The notes beneath the pieces are model-generated. The model was not told where the DNA came from and ran no database searches. It was given only the letters and a program-made list of their open reading frames with translations. The position numbers and the translations under genes are program-made. Positions 49,184 to 58,389 of a DNA stretch of 64,000 bases are shown here, one piece after another; within the stretch, counting starts at the first letter, position 1, and each line of letters opens with the position of its first letter. This DNA comes from Desulfatiglandales bacterium (GTDB taxonomy: Bacteria > Desulfobacterota > DSM-4660 > Desulfatiglandales > Desulfatiglandaceae): assembly GCA_963662465.1 (NCBI GenBank), contig OY759599.1:6816001-6880000 (forward strand), in the 5' to 3' direction.

Positions 49184-50497
49184 TCAAAATCTGTAAGTGA
49201 AGTTAAAGGCCATCAGATGCATGCTGCTATCCTCAAACTCGCCGGTTACCTGTCCCACCGGGGCGCCATAGATTGAACTGTAATCACCCACGGCATTGTT
49301 GAATGTTGCGTCTGCATGAGACTTATAGCTGTATGAAAAGTCGAGCGACCAATTGTCGGAATTATAGCCTCCGCCCAATGAGTATACCCAGCGATCGGTA
49401 CAGGGAATGGCGGGAGTTAGGGTGCTGACCGGATTAGGGTTCTGTTCGAATGCAATGCCTGCCCTGATATCGAAGGATTTGTTGATTTTGTATTGTCCAC
49501 CCAAACGATAGGCCCATGTATCACCCCAGTCTTGTTTCACGCTTTGATCAGGGAGTGTGTTATCATAATCAAGTGTAATATTTTTGAAGGTAGACCAGCC
49601 CGTCCATTCGGTATCGAATTCAAAAGTCCATTTCTCCAATGACCAGGCCAGCCCCAGAGACAATATATCCGGAAGATCAAGATCGGCTTTACCCGTGACC
49701 GTGGGCATTCCCGTAATTTCATGTTCTATTCCTGATTTGTGCTTGATTTTGCTTCGATATGAGGCGCCGAATTTCAAGGTTTCGATGATTTGATAGAGAA
49801 ATCCAATGTTATATCCCAATGCCCAGTCATCGCCCGTCAGTTTCGAATGTAAATCCGTGCTGGAAACAAAAGGACTGGATGGATTGGGGAGTTTGTTTTC
49901 CATTTTAAAATCAAGGTATTGGCTTACCAGACCCAAAGCCACACTGATTTTTTTATGGGGTTTGTAGGCGATCGTCGGATTAATCGACATGGTTGAAATT
50001 TGTGAGTTGGTACCGCCCGCAATATAACGACCTTCCCAATCGCTCGGCCACTCTACACCGAGGCCGAAATCGCTGAATACTCCAAGCCCAGCACTCCATT
50101 GGTCATTAATTTTATAAGTAGAGAACAGGCTTGGAATCAGGAATTCTCCCTGTATGGCGTCGGTTTTACCTGGGCCCCCGGCAGCGGACGTACCGTTGCT
50201 ATCAAAAGACACATTGCAAATAGCGTAGTCCGCGTTGGCCGAAACCTGAAGTCCCTCCAGCTGTACAATGCCAGCCGGATTGTAGTAAACGGCGGACGGC
50301 TTATCGGCTTGAGCCGTGAAAGCACCTCCCATGGCGCTCGCTTTTGCGTCGTGATCGGAAAACGCAAAACCGTTTGCCAACACCTCCGAAGGCAAAAGAA
50401 AAACACAAAGAAGGCAAAGAAATCCGATTGTTTTAAATTTAGAGAGACTATCTATCCTTTGTTTATCTGTCATTTTTGGTATTTGAAAGCAGGACAT
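49184..50497 (-). CDS. FadL/OmpP1-family outer-membrane transporter
   Basis: ANGF...AMGGAF...YYNPAG; C-terminal FTYRF. Confidence 0.9.
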   Translation of the reverse strand: MSCFQIPKMTDKQRIDSLSKFKTIGFLCLLCVFLLPSEVLANGFAFSDHDAKASAMGGAFTAQADKPSAVYYNPAGIVQLEGLQVSANADYAICNVSFDSNGTSAAGGPGKTDAIQGEFLIPSLFSTYKINDQWSAGLGVFSDFGLGVEWPSDWEGRYIAGGTNSQISTMSINPTIAYKPHKKISVALGLVSQYLDFKMENKLPNPSSPFVSSTDLHSKLTGDDWALGYNIGFLYQIIETLKFGASYRSKIKHKSGIEHEITGMPTVTGKADLDLPDILSLGLAWSLEKWTFEFDTEWTGWSTFKNITLDYDNTLPDQSVKQDWGDTWAYRLGGQYKINKSFDIRAGIAFEQNPNPVSTLTPAIPCTDRWVYSLGGGYNSDNWSLDFSYSYKSHADATFNNAVGDYSSIYGAPVGQVTGEFEDSSMHLMAFNFTYRF

Positions 50498-50618
50498 GGT
50501 TTTCTCCTTTCATTCCTCTATATTCTACTTTTTTCAATTCGTACGATGTCGCACCGGCCATGAACGGCATACCCCATTAAGGGAGGCGCTCTGGCGACTT
50601 GCTTTGTATCGGAAAACA

Positions 50619-50756
50619 TCATTTTTTCCCGAAACAGAAAATCCGGAAAGCGCTATGGCATGATGTAATCTGGCACGGCAGGGCACGCAAAATTCGATTC
50701 TTGAGCGAAATCGATTCGATGTTAATGGATGGAAACAGGGACTTGTACTTAGACAT
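50619..50756 (-). pseudogene. N-terminal remnant of an NADH:flavin oxidoreductase (old yellow enzyme family)
   Basis: AGGAGG + MSKYKSLFPSINIESISLKNRI, then similarity is lost; stop after 45 aa. Confidence 0.5.
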
Positions 50757-50925
50757 TTTGCCCTCCTTAATCAACTGATAAATCCGCTAAAATGCGAAAT
50801 TCGACACAAAGAAATCTCTCAAAAATCCTCCGGCTTGCGAGGGATATTTGCGCATAAACGAAATGGAGGAAAATACAATCGTCCGGCAACTGCTCGGAAA
50901 GTGAGCGGCTGCCGGGGAAGTACAG

Positions 50926-51426
50926 CTAATATTCAATCCCCTTTCTGGCCTTCGCCCCATTGTAGTAAGGATGCTTGACCTGCACCATTTCGGTGGCGTA
51001 ATCAGCCGTTTCGATTAGGTCGGAAGGCGCGTTTCTGCCGGTCATTACCAGCTCTACATGGCCCCTGCAACATTCAATCAGGTGCAGCAGATCCTGCTTT
51101 TTGAGTAGATCGAACAACAATGTATCCAAGATCTCGTCGCAGATCAGCACTTGGCCACTTTTAGCTTCACATAATGCAAATTGATAAGCATCCCTGGCGT
51201 GCTGGTAATGAACAGGATGAGCACCCCGAGACGTTATAAATGGATGTTTACCCGGGCACCAGTATCGGATATTCTCGATATTTTCTAAAATGCCGACTTC
51301 TGCGGATGTTCCGGATTTGAGAAACTGGACAAAATTGACCAGTAATCCCTCGCCTGCAGCCCTGACGGCAAGTCCAATGGCCCGGGTGGTCTTTCCCACC
51401 CCTTGTCCGTAATAGAGATGGACCAA
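50926..51426 (-). CDS. cobO: Cob(I)alamin adenosyltransferase
   Basis: YYGQGVGKTT, VQFLK, DE, ELVMTGR, KHPY, RKGIEY. Confidence 0.88.
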   Translation of the reverse strand: MVHLYYGQGVGKTTRAIGLAVRAAGEGLLVNFVQFLKSGTSAEVGILENIENIRYWCPGKHPFITSRGAHPVHYQHARDAYQFALCEAKSGQVLICDEILDTLLFDLLKKQDLLHLIECCRGHVELVMTGRNAPSDLIETADYATEMVQVKHPYYNGAKARKGIEY

Positions 51427-51495
51427 ACCGAAACCTTTGTCTTCAATGATACCCGACCTTTCTTGTGTGTAAAAAATGGCGCTAATCCTCCAAAA

Positions 51496-52584
51496 TTAAA
51501 ATACACTTGTCTTGAGGGTTGCTTCATAACCGGCCACTAAGGCTTTGCACAGGTTTTCAGGTCCACTGCTTGCCGCCTTTTCAAAACCGCTCTCCACCAG
51601 ACAAAACCGCTGGATCTGATCAATTACGGGTTTGAGTTTCCGAAGATAAATGGGCGTGGCTTCCAGACCGGACGCAGAGGCCTCAAAGATAGCATCGACC
51701 GCAATCTGAGCACTTTTCAAAGCCGCGCCTATCCCCTCAAAAGTGATGGGGAAAAGCAGTCCCGCGGCATCTCCGACCAGAAGCGCATTGCCTCGAGCTG
51801 GATGGAACCTATTGGAAATCAGCTTGTTGTGAAGTTGTGGCGCCATACAGCCATCTCGCCACAGCGCTTTCCGATCGGGGTCCCAACCGTATGGGGCCAA
51901 AACAGCGGATACTTCACGCCGGAGTTCTTTGAGTCCGCTCCCTTCAACCAGAACCGCATCTCCTTTAAAATTGACGTTGAAACGAGGGCGGGGAAGCGAT
52001 CTGGGAAAAAACCAGTGAAGATATCGATGATCCAAATCCAGCGGGATGTCATAGCATTCCCTAAACGGAATGGAATATTTAACATCAAGCTCAGGGAACA
52101 ATGATTTCCTGACAACTGATCCAGCGCCATCCGCCCCAACAACATAGTTTGAGGTGATATCCTGCTGTTTGCGTCCTTTTTGCAACCGAAGTGTACACTG
52201 ACCGTCGCCGGGTGATACCCCCATTACTCTAACGCCGTCCCACAGGACCGCCCTTTTTTCGAGAGCTTTACGGGTCAACCAGAAATCCAGGTCCTTTCTC
52301 CAGGATATCAGCGTCCGCCATTCCAAAGTCTGTGCGGGAATTTCCGGAACATGGAACATTTGACCGGATAAATATCGTGGCGGCGCCAGAATTTCCTGTG
52401 GAATGTCACCGAATTCCATTTGGATGACGTCCGTGGCCCAAGGCCCGGCAACCATGCCGGAACAGACTTTATCACGCGGCAATTTTTTCTTTTCAATAAT
52501 CAGGGTTTTAAATCCCTGTTCCACACATTTCTTGGCGGCCAGAGAGCCCCCTGGCCCGGCGCCCACCACCACAACATCCCACAT
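51496..52584 (-). CDS. Geranylgeranyl-reductase-family FAD oxidoreductase
   Basis: GAGPGG, PRDKVC, GADG, GDAAG..EGI. Confidence 0.85.
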   Translation of the reverse strand: MWDVVVVGAGPGGSLAAKKCVEQGFKTLIIEKKKLPRDKVCSGMVAGPWATDVIQMEFGDIPQEILAPPRYLSGQMFHVPEIPAQTLEWRTLISWRKDLDFWLTRKALEKRAVLWDGVRVMGVSPGDGQCTLRLQKGRKQQDITSNYVVGADGAGSVVRKSLFPELDVKYSIPFRECYDIPLDLDHRYLHWFFPRSLPRPRFNVNFKGDAVLVEGSGLKELRREVSAVLAPYGWDPDRKALWRDGCMAPQLHNKLISNRFHPARGNALLVGDAAGLLFPITFEGIGAALKSAQIAVDAIFEASASGLEATPIYLRKLKPVIDQIQRFCLVESGFEKAASSGPENLCKALVAGYEATLKTSVF

Positions 52585-52621
52585 GAATCACCTCCACGGC
52601 TATTTATAACGATGGGGCATC

Positions 52622-52942
52622 CTAGAATATGCGAAGCAGCAACGGCTCGGAGCTGGCGGAAATCTGGTAGGATTTCAGCACGGGCTCCCCGGTAATCATT
52701 TCCTTAAATCTCGCCAATTTGATTTCATATTCACCGGTTTTTTCATAGGCGGCAAGGTCCTCCTTCGTATCCCAAGCGGTAATGGCGATTCCCTCTCCCG
52801 CATTATCCATGGATTCCAAAAGATGGACAAAACGAAGGCCTTTTCGACCTTTGTGCTCAGGGATAACTTCATCGTTATAGAGCTTTCGTGCGGCCTCTTT
52901 TTTTCCCGGTTTAAGATTGACAAATGTCATACGGATGTACAT
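52622..52942 (-). CDS. ABM-family (dimeric alpha-beta barrel) protein
   Basis: LKPGKKE...KGLR...ITAWDT..L.AY. Confidence 0.75.
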   Translation of the reverse strand: MYIRMTFVNLKPGKKEAARKLYNDEVIPEHKGRKGLRFVHLLESMDNAGEGIAITAWDTKEDLAAYEKTGEYEIKLARFKEMITGEPVLKSYQISASSEPLLLRIF

Positions 52943-53025
52943 GGGAACACCTCCTGTGAATTTCTTTATGAGCATTCAGCGTTATTGGACCACCGCTTTT
53001 ACCAAGGGCAATCCATGAATTGCGT

Positions 53026-53544
53026 TCAGGACTCCGACGAAAATTCAGTCTTTACCACATTCTGGAATTCGTTCCAGAAAGCCCTGTTTTCAGTCTTCCA
53101 GTCAGGCCCGAATTTCAGGTCGAAATATTCGGCAAGTTCGTCAAAAAGGATTTTCCAGGGCGCCTTTCCCACTTCGACGGCTTCCAGCAAATTCGCCAGA
53201 ATACGATACATATCTTCCATCCGTTCTTTGGGCAGAAATCCGATAGCGCCTTTCCGAACCGATTGCATGAAAGCCTCTACATTCAGGGCAAGAGCGGTGA
53301 ACATTACTGTGGGAATCCCTTTTTTTACCGTTTTTTCTAATAGTTCAAGGCCATTGACGCCCATGATATCCAGGACCGCCAAGTCATAGGTGTTGGTGTG
53401 GATCTTTTGTTCCGCCGTTTCGAAACTCGAGGCGCTGTCAACGACCGCTCCCCCCAGTAATTCTTCGACGGCTTCCAGGACGTCGGTTTCATCGTCGACC
53501 AGGAGAATTCGCTTGCCCTGAAGGCCTGATTCGAGTTGAGCCAT
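53026..53544 (-). CDS. Response-regulator receiver protein
   Basis: LVDDE, LDIM, T, LPK. Confidence 0.88.
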   Translation of the reverse strand: MAQLESGLQGKRILLVDDETDVLEAVEELLGGAVVDSASSFETAEQKIHTNTYDLAVLDIMGVNGLELLEKTVKKGIPTVMFTALALNVEAFMQSVRKGAIGFLPKERMEDMYRILANLLEAVEVGKAPWKILFDELAEYFDLKFGPDWKTENRAFWNEFQNVVKTEFSSES

Positions 53545-53651
53545 GGCTTGCTCTCCTTATTAGGGTTTTAAATTGGAATATTAAGCCATTTCTTCCAATA
53601 AATTATATTAAATTTATGAAACTATTTCAGATTGAAAGTTATCGTGTCATA

Positions 53652-55007
53652 CTAATGACGAACTTCAATTAGTTTCGCCTTCTTCGATGGATCTTTCTCC
53701 AGGCTGTTGGGCGGTACGAGCTGAATCTTCGTTCGAACGCGCAATCGGGTCGATATTTCATCCTCCATCTCTTTTTTCAACCGACCCATTTCGCTTTCCG
53801 CAAGACCCTGAGCATATTCCACCTTCATTTGCAGAGGAGGGGTCACTTTGGGCGGCGGTCCGTCCAAAACAATGCGCATCTCCCCCGTTACCTTGGGCAA
53901 GAATCCGTCCACCACCCCTTTTATCCCTGCCGGAAATACGTTTACCCCCTTGACGATGAGCAGGTCATCCACCCGGCCCTTATATTTCATTCGCATGCCG
54001 GGCATACCGCAACTGCAGGGTTCGGTGATCAGTTCGATGATGTCCCCCAATCCGTATCGGAAAGACGGGCCCGCCTGCCATTCCAATGCGGTGTGCACCA
54101 TTTCACCGATGCCGCCGCCGTTGGACAAATCGATCGGTTCTTTTGTATCCGGGTCCACAATGTCCAGAAAGTGGTAATCTTCACAAACCAGATGCATGCC
54201 CTGGTATGTTTCGCTGTCGCAGGAAACGGCGCCGAATCCCCAGATACCGCCGGTACTATCGAAAATTTTCGCGTTGAACCCTTCCGTGAGTTGTTTGCGG
54301 GTTTCCGGAATCCCGGCTCCTGGTTCGCCTACTGCCATAATGATGTCAATACCGAGGTCACTGGCGGAAATCCCCGCGACTTCGGGGGCCTTGCGAATGA
54401 TGTATTCGGCAAAGGACGGAATACAAAACATGCCTTTAGCTTGGATGAGCTTGGCAAAATCCAGCACCCGTGCGACACCGGATTCCGCACCCACTGGTAT
54501 GCCAGCTATTCCCATGTATTCGTAGGCCCGCATGGGGACTATCCCCGCGAGCCACATGCTCAGCCCGGTTATGTGCAGCATGTAGTCCCCGGGCCGAAGC
54601 CCCGCTCGCCAGTAAGTGCGGGAGAGCACTTCACTCTGAATCTGTATGTCCCGGGCGGTAAAGGCTTCAAAAACAGGTACTCCCGTGGTGCCAGAGGTGG
54701 AATGAATGGCCCGGACATCTTTGGGAGAAGCGCACAGATATTCGCCAAACGTGTGCCCGTGTTTTTTACGCGAGACTTCCTGACTTTCCCGATCGCTTTT
54801 TTTGTCCATGAAGAGCGGCAGTTTTCTGAAATCCTCAATGGATTTGATGTCGCCGGGATGGGCGCCGCAACGGTCGAATCGTTCCTTGAAATAGCTGGAA
54901 TTGTCGTAAATATAATGCATCTGCTTTGTTAGTTTTTTCCATTGAAGGTCCCGCAGCTGTTCGCGGGACATATGTTCCGCTGCCATATTCCAACAATCTC
55001 TCTCCAT
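53652..55007 (-). CDS. Phenylacetate-CoA-ligase-family protein
   Basis: STSGTTG, RYGLGD, GRVDDLLIVKGVNVFP. Confidence 0.88.
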   Translation of the reverse strand: MERDCWNMAAEHMSREQLRDLQWKKLTKQMHYIYDNSSYFKERFDRCGAHPGDIKSIEDFRKLPLFMDKKSDRESQEVSRKKHGHTFGEYLCASPKDVRAIHSTSGTTGVPVFEAFTARDIQIQSEVLSRTYWRAGLRPGDYMLHITGLSMWLAGIVPMRAYEYMGIAGIPVGAESGVARVLDFAKLIQAKGMFCIPSFAEYIIRKAPEVAGISASDLGIDIIMAVGEPGAGIPETRKQLTEGFNAKIFDSTGGIWGFGAVSCDSETYQGMHLVCEDYHFLDIVDPDTKEPIDLSNGGGIGEMVHTALEWQAGPSFRYGLGDIIELITEPCSCGMPGMRMKYKGRVDDLLIVKGVNVFPAGIKGVVDGFLPKVTGEMRIVLDGPPPKVTPPLQMKVEYAQGLAESEMGRLKKEMEDEISTRLRVRTKIQLVPPNSLEKDPSKKAKLIEVRH

Positions 55008-55046
55008 TACTTTCGACTCCTTATTTTTGCTTATTTGAAACGCACG

Positions 55047-56288
55047 TCATTCGGTCTTTTCGAAAATGTGGACGGCCATGGAGGCCTCTTCAACCCCGAC
55101 AAACCCACCGCCGTTTTCAGTCATTCCCATCCTGGCGCCCTCGACCTGCTTTTTCGCGGCTTCGCCCCGCAACTGCATCACGATCTCGGCAATTTGCCCA
55201 ATGCCGGTGGCCCCGAGGGGGTGGCCTTTAGAGACCAGCCCGCCGCTCGGGTTTACCGGCATGGCGCCGCCGAGTGTGGTAACGCCGGACCTGGCTGCTG
55301 CCACAGCATCGCCCCAGGGGCAAAATCCAAGACCTTCATATAGGATGATTTCTCCCATGGAGGTCGCATCATGAAGTTCCAGCACATCAATATCTTTGGG
55401 CCCCACACCCGCCATGGCGTAGGCCTTTTTACCCAAACGGGCTGATATGTGGTCCGGCCCGAATCCTTCAGGGCGATCCGTTCCAGAGCCAAGAATCGAT
55501 GCGAGAATTTTGACCTTCCGGGAATTTGGATGTTTTTTGAGAAAGGCCGAAGAGCAAAGAATCGCGGCGGCGCCGCCGTCGCCGATGGGTGAGCACATGG
55601 GCGCGGTCAGAGGAAAGACAACCGGGCGGGCTGCAATAATTTCTTCGACGGTCATGGGTTTACGGTACTGCGCCAGGGGGTTATGCACGCTGTGATTATG
55701 ATTTTTCGAGGCAACAACAGCCAGATCTTCCTGGGTCGTTCCGAAGGACTCCATGTGCAATCGGCAATGACTGGCGTACATGTCCATGGCGAAACTACGC
55801 TGATTGTCCAGGTCGGTGCCTCCCTTCCGCAGTGCTTCTTCCGCCCAGCGGGTTCGAAGTTCTTCCAGGATTTCCATGTCCATGCCCGCATCGTAGTTCC
55901 TGAACATCTTTTCCGTGTCTTCCAGGAACAGCTTTTCCGCACCCACCGCCATGGATACATCGGCGTGACCGCCTGCAATGGATTGCCAAGCCAGATGAAA
56001 GGCGGTTGAACCGGTGGCACAGGCATTTTCACAGTTGACAATGGGAATCCCATCGATTCCGGCGGCCCGGAGAGCGATCTGCCCCCGCACCATTTCCTGC
56101 CCGGTAACCAGACCTTGCATGGAATTGCCGAAAAATGCATTTTCCAGATCGCTTTTGAGGACGCCGGCATCTGAAATTGCGGCGGATATGGCTTCACCGG
56201 CCAGGGATTTGACATTCCGTTCCACAAATTTGCCGAACGGGGTATGACCAATACCGATTATGTATACATCTTGCATTAGTGTCTCCAA
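55047..56288 (-). CDS. Thiolase-family protein (SCP2-type)
   Basis: NACATG, ELHDA, NPSGG..KGHPLGATG. Confidence 0.88.
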   Translation of the reverse strand: METLMQDVYIIGIGHTPFGKFVERNVKSLAGEAISAAISDAGVLKSDLENAFFGNSMQGLVTGQEMVRGQIALRAAGIDGIPIVNCENACATGSTAFHLAWQSIAGGHADVSMAVGAEKLFLEDTEKMFRNYDAGMDMEILEELRTRWAEEALRKGGTDLDNQRSFAMDMYASHCRLHMESFGTTQEDLAVVASKNHNHSVHNPLAQYRKPMTVEEIIAARPVVFPLTAPMCSPIGDGGAAAILCSSAFLKKHPNSRKVKILASILGSGTDRPEGFGPDHISARLGKKAYAMAGVGPKDIDVLELHDATSMGEIILYEGLGFCPWGDAVAAARSGVTTLGGAMPVNPSGGLVSKGHPLGATGIGQIAEIVMQLRGEAAKKQVEGARMGMTENGGGFVGVEEASMAVHIFEKTE

Positions 56289-56322
56289 TTCTTCACGGAA
56301 TAAGGGTCGACCGGCTCGGTTA

Positions 56323-56928
56323 TCATTTCGCCAAGACAGGCGGTCGGCCCAAACGGGTTAAAATTTCCGGCATGGCAGCCGCCAGACGCTCTTTGATCTG
56401 ATCCATCACCTGATCAGTGACCGACCAGTGATCGCATTCCAGCATGCAGAATTTCGCAGGCGGCATCAGTCCCGGCGGTTCATCGGCCACGATATCCTCG
56501 AATTGAAAAGGAAATGAGAGTTCCGCCAGGGTCGAGACTTTGTTTGCGGCACTGGGATAGGCCTCACAAATGGCCTGCTTGTGACTTTCACCCATGGCAA
56601 CGATGAAATCCGCACCTTTGACAGTTTCCAGATCCAACGGCTGGGAGCGGTGTTCGGTCACATCGATTCCCGCCTTTTTTTGCATGTAAAAAACCACACA
56701 CGGCATGGGTCGCCACCCGAACATGGGCTCTGGAATGGGAATGCCCTTTTCCCGATGAAGGCTTATTTGCTTCGGGCTGACGATGCCGGTGGACGACACC
56801 GTGATACCCGAAGTCACCATCCGATCCAGGGAGGCAAGCATGTGCCGGAAGAGATATTCGGCGATGATGCTACGATGCCGGTTTATGGTGCAGACAAAGA
56901 CCAGTTGTTTCGCGATCGAGTCACTCAT
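56323..56928 (-). CDS. Low-molecular-weight phosphatase / ArsC-fold protein
   Basis: VFVCTINRHRS CX5R motif; HRSQPL; ADFIVAM. Confidence 0.8.
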   Translation of the reverse strand: MSDSIAKQLVFVCTINRHRSIIAEYLFRHMLASLDRMVTSGITVSSTGIVSPKQISLHREKGIPIPEPMFGWRPMPCVVFYMQKKAGIDVTEHRSQPLDLETVKGADFIVAMGESHKQAICEAYPSAANKVSTLAELSFPFQFEDIVADEPPGLMPPAKFCMLECDHWSVTDQVMDQIKERLAAAMPEILTRLGRPPVLAK

Positions 56929-56973
56929 TATTATCTCCGTACCGCTTTATGTGCGCATCAGCGTTGCGTATGC

Positions 56974-57951
56974 CTAATCCTTTTCCAACGCAGGAAAGAC
57001 GGTCTGCCAGATGTCCATATCGGCAAGGATTTTATCGCATGCCAGATAGGGGTCCATCCGGTTTTCTTCAACCTGACTTGCATAGGTTTGAAATGTGGCA
57101 TCATTTTCAAGGGCCTGTTTTACCTTCCGAAGCAGCAACTCTTTCATAATCTGGGCGAAAATTCGTTTGCGATTCTCCCGGTTAAGCCGCTCTCCCGTGC
57201 CTGTCCGGGATAGAAATTGACGATGCGCTTCCACGGCCTCCATGCATTCCGCCGTGCCGACCCCTTCAATGGCCTGGGTTTGCACAATAGGCGGACGCCA
57301 CTGGCCGGGTTTGATTCGAATATCCAGGATGGCGGCCAGATCTTCCTCGGTGACGTTGGGCTCACCCTTGTCGATCTTATTGATCACGAAAATATCGGCA
57401 ATCTCCATGATTCCCGATTTCATGGCCTGGATATGGTCCCCGGCCGTGGGGGTCAGCACCAGGATGTTGGTTTCGGCGATACAACGGACATCCAATTCCG
57501 CCTGTCCCACCCCGACGGTTTCGAGTAAGATAAAGTCTTTGCCGAAAGCGTCCATGAGGCTGACCACCGCATGAACCTTCTGGGGCAAACCGCCCAAATT
57601 GCCCCGGGTCGCCATACTCCGGATAAATACGCCTGGATCAAGAAAGGTGGACCCCATTCTTATGCGATCTCCCAGTATGGCGCCGCCGCTGTAGGGGCTG
57701 CTGGGATCACAGGCAACCACACCCACCGTGGTTGATGCTTTTCGCATGTTCATGGTCAACTGTGAGGTGAGTGTGCTTTTGCCCGCTCCGGGGGAACCTG
57801 TAATGCCGATGCAATAGGCGTGTCCCGGATGATCCTTGATTTCTTTCATCAGGTCCGAGATGATCAACCGTTCGTTTTCAATCATACTGATCAGTCGGCT
57901 CATGGCATAGCTATCGCCCTGCAGCATCTTTTCTGTCAAATCCAGTATCAT
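56974..57951 (-). CDS. meaB: Mutase-associated GTPase MeaB
   Basis: GSPGAGKS, DPSSP..GG.LGDRIRM, ETVGVGQ, NKID. Confidence 0.92.
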   Translation of the reverse strand: MILDLTEKMLQGDSYAMSRLISMIENERLIISDLMKEIKDHPGHAYCIGITGSPGAGKSTLTSQLTMNMRKASTTVGVVACDPSSPYSGGAILGDRIRMGSTFLDPGVFIRSMATRGNLGGLPQKVHAVVSLMDAFGKDFILLETVGVGQAELDVRCIAETNILVLTPTAGDHIQAMKSGIMEIADIFVINKIDKGEPNVTEEDLAAILDIRIKPGQWRPPIVQTQAIEGVGTAECMEAVEAHRQFLSRTGTGERLNRENRKRIFAQIMKELLLRKVKQALENDATFQTYASQVEENRMDPYLACDKILADMDIWQTVFPALEKD

Positions 57952-57993
57952 TTTAATTCCCCCTTTGCGGTCTGCGATCAAGCGATTTCCGGT

Positions 57994-58389
57994 TTAGGCA
58001 TTGAGGTATTTAATAACATCTTCAGTGGGCGTATCCGGTCCGAAGATGGCATCAACACCCATCTTTTTGAGCGCCTCGATCTCATCACTGGGGATAATCC
58101 CTCCAACCAGAAATTTGACTTTTTTTCCTTTTTCTTTCAAGCCGTTGAGCACGGCAGGAATATCATGGGCATATCCGGAACTATAAAAACCCATGCCGAT
58201 CACGTCCACGTCCTCCTGCAAAGCGATTTCCACGACTTCCTCACAAACGCGGTATCGGATGAAAACGACTTCCTTGCCCAGGTCCCGAAACACTTCCGCA
58301 ATATACCGGATACCGCGATCATGGGCATCCTGGTCGCACTTGGCCAGAAGCACCCGAACTTTATCATCAACCTTTACCGTAGTATCCAT
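57994..58389 (-). CDS. Cobalamin-binding small subunit of an acyl-CoA mutase
   Basis: DAHDRG (DXHXXG), GGIIP, FGP. Confidence 0.9.
   Translation of the reverse strand: MDTTVKVDDKVRVLLAKCDQDAHDRGIRYIAEVFRDLGKEVVFIRYRVCEEVVEIALQEDVDVIGMGFYSSGYAHDIPAVLNGLKEKGKKVKFLVGGIIPSDEIEALKKMGVDAIFGPDTPTEDVIKYLNA

Noticed and set aside
50500..50925. Possible cobalamin riboswitch or sigma54 promoter near the B12 genes
   Set aside because: Riboswitch core motifs not found; TGGCAC lacks a properly spaced TTGC
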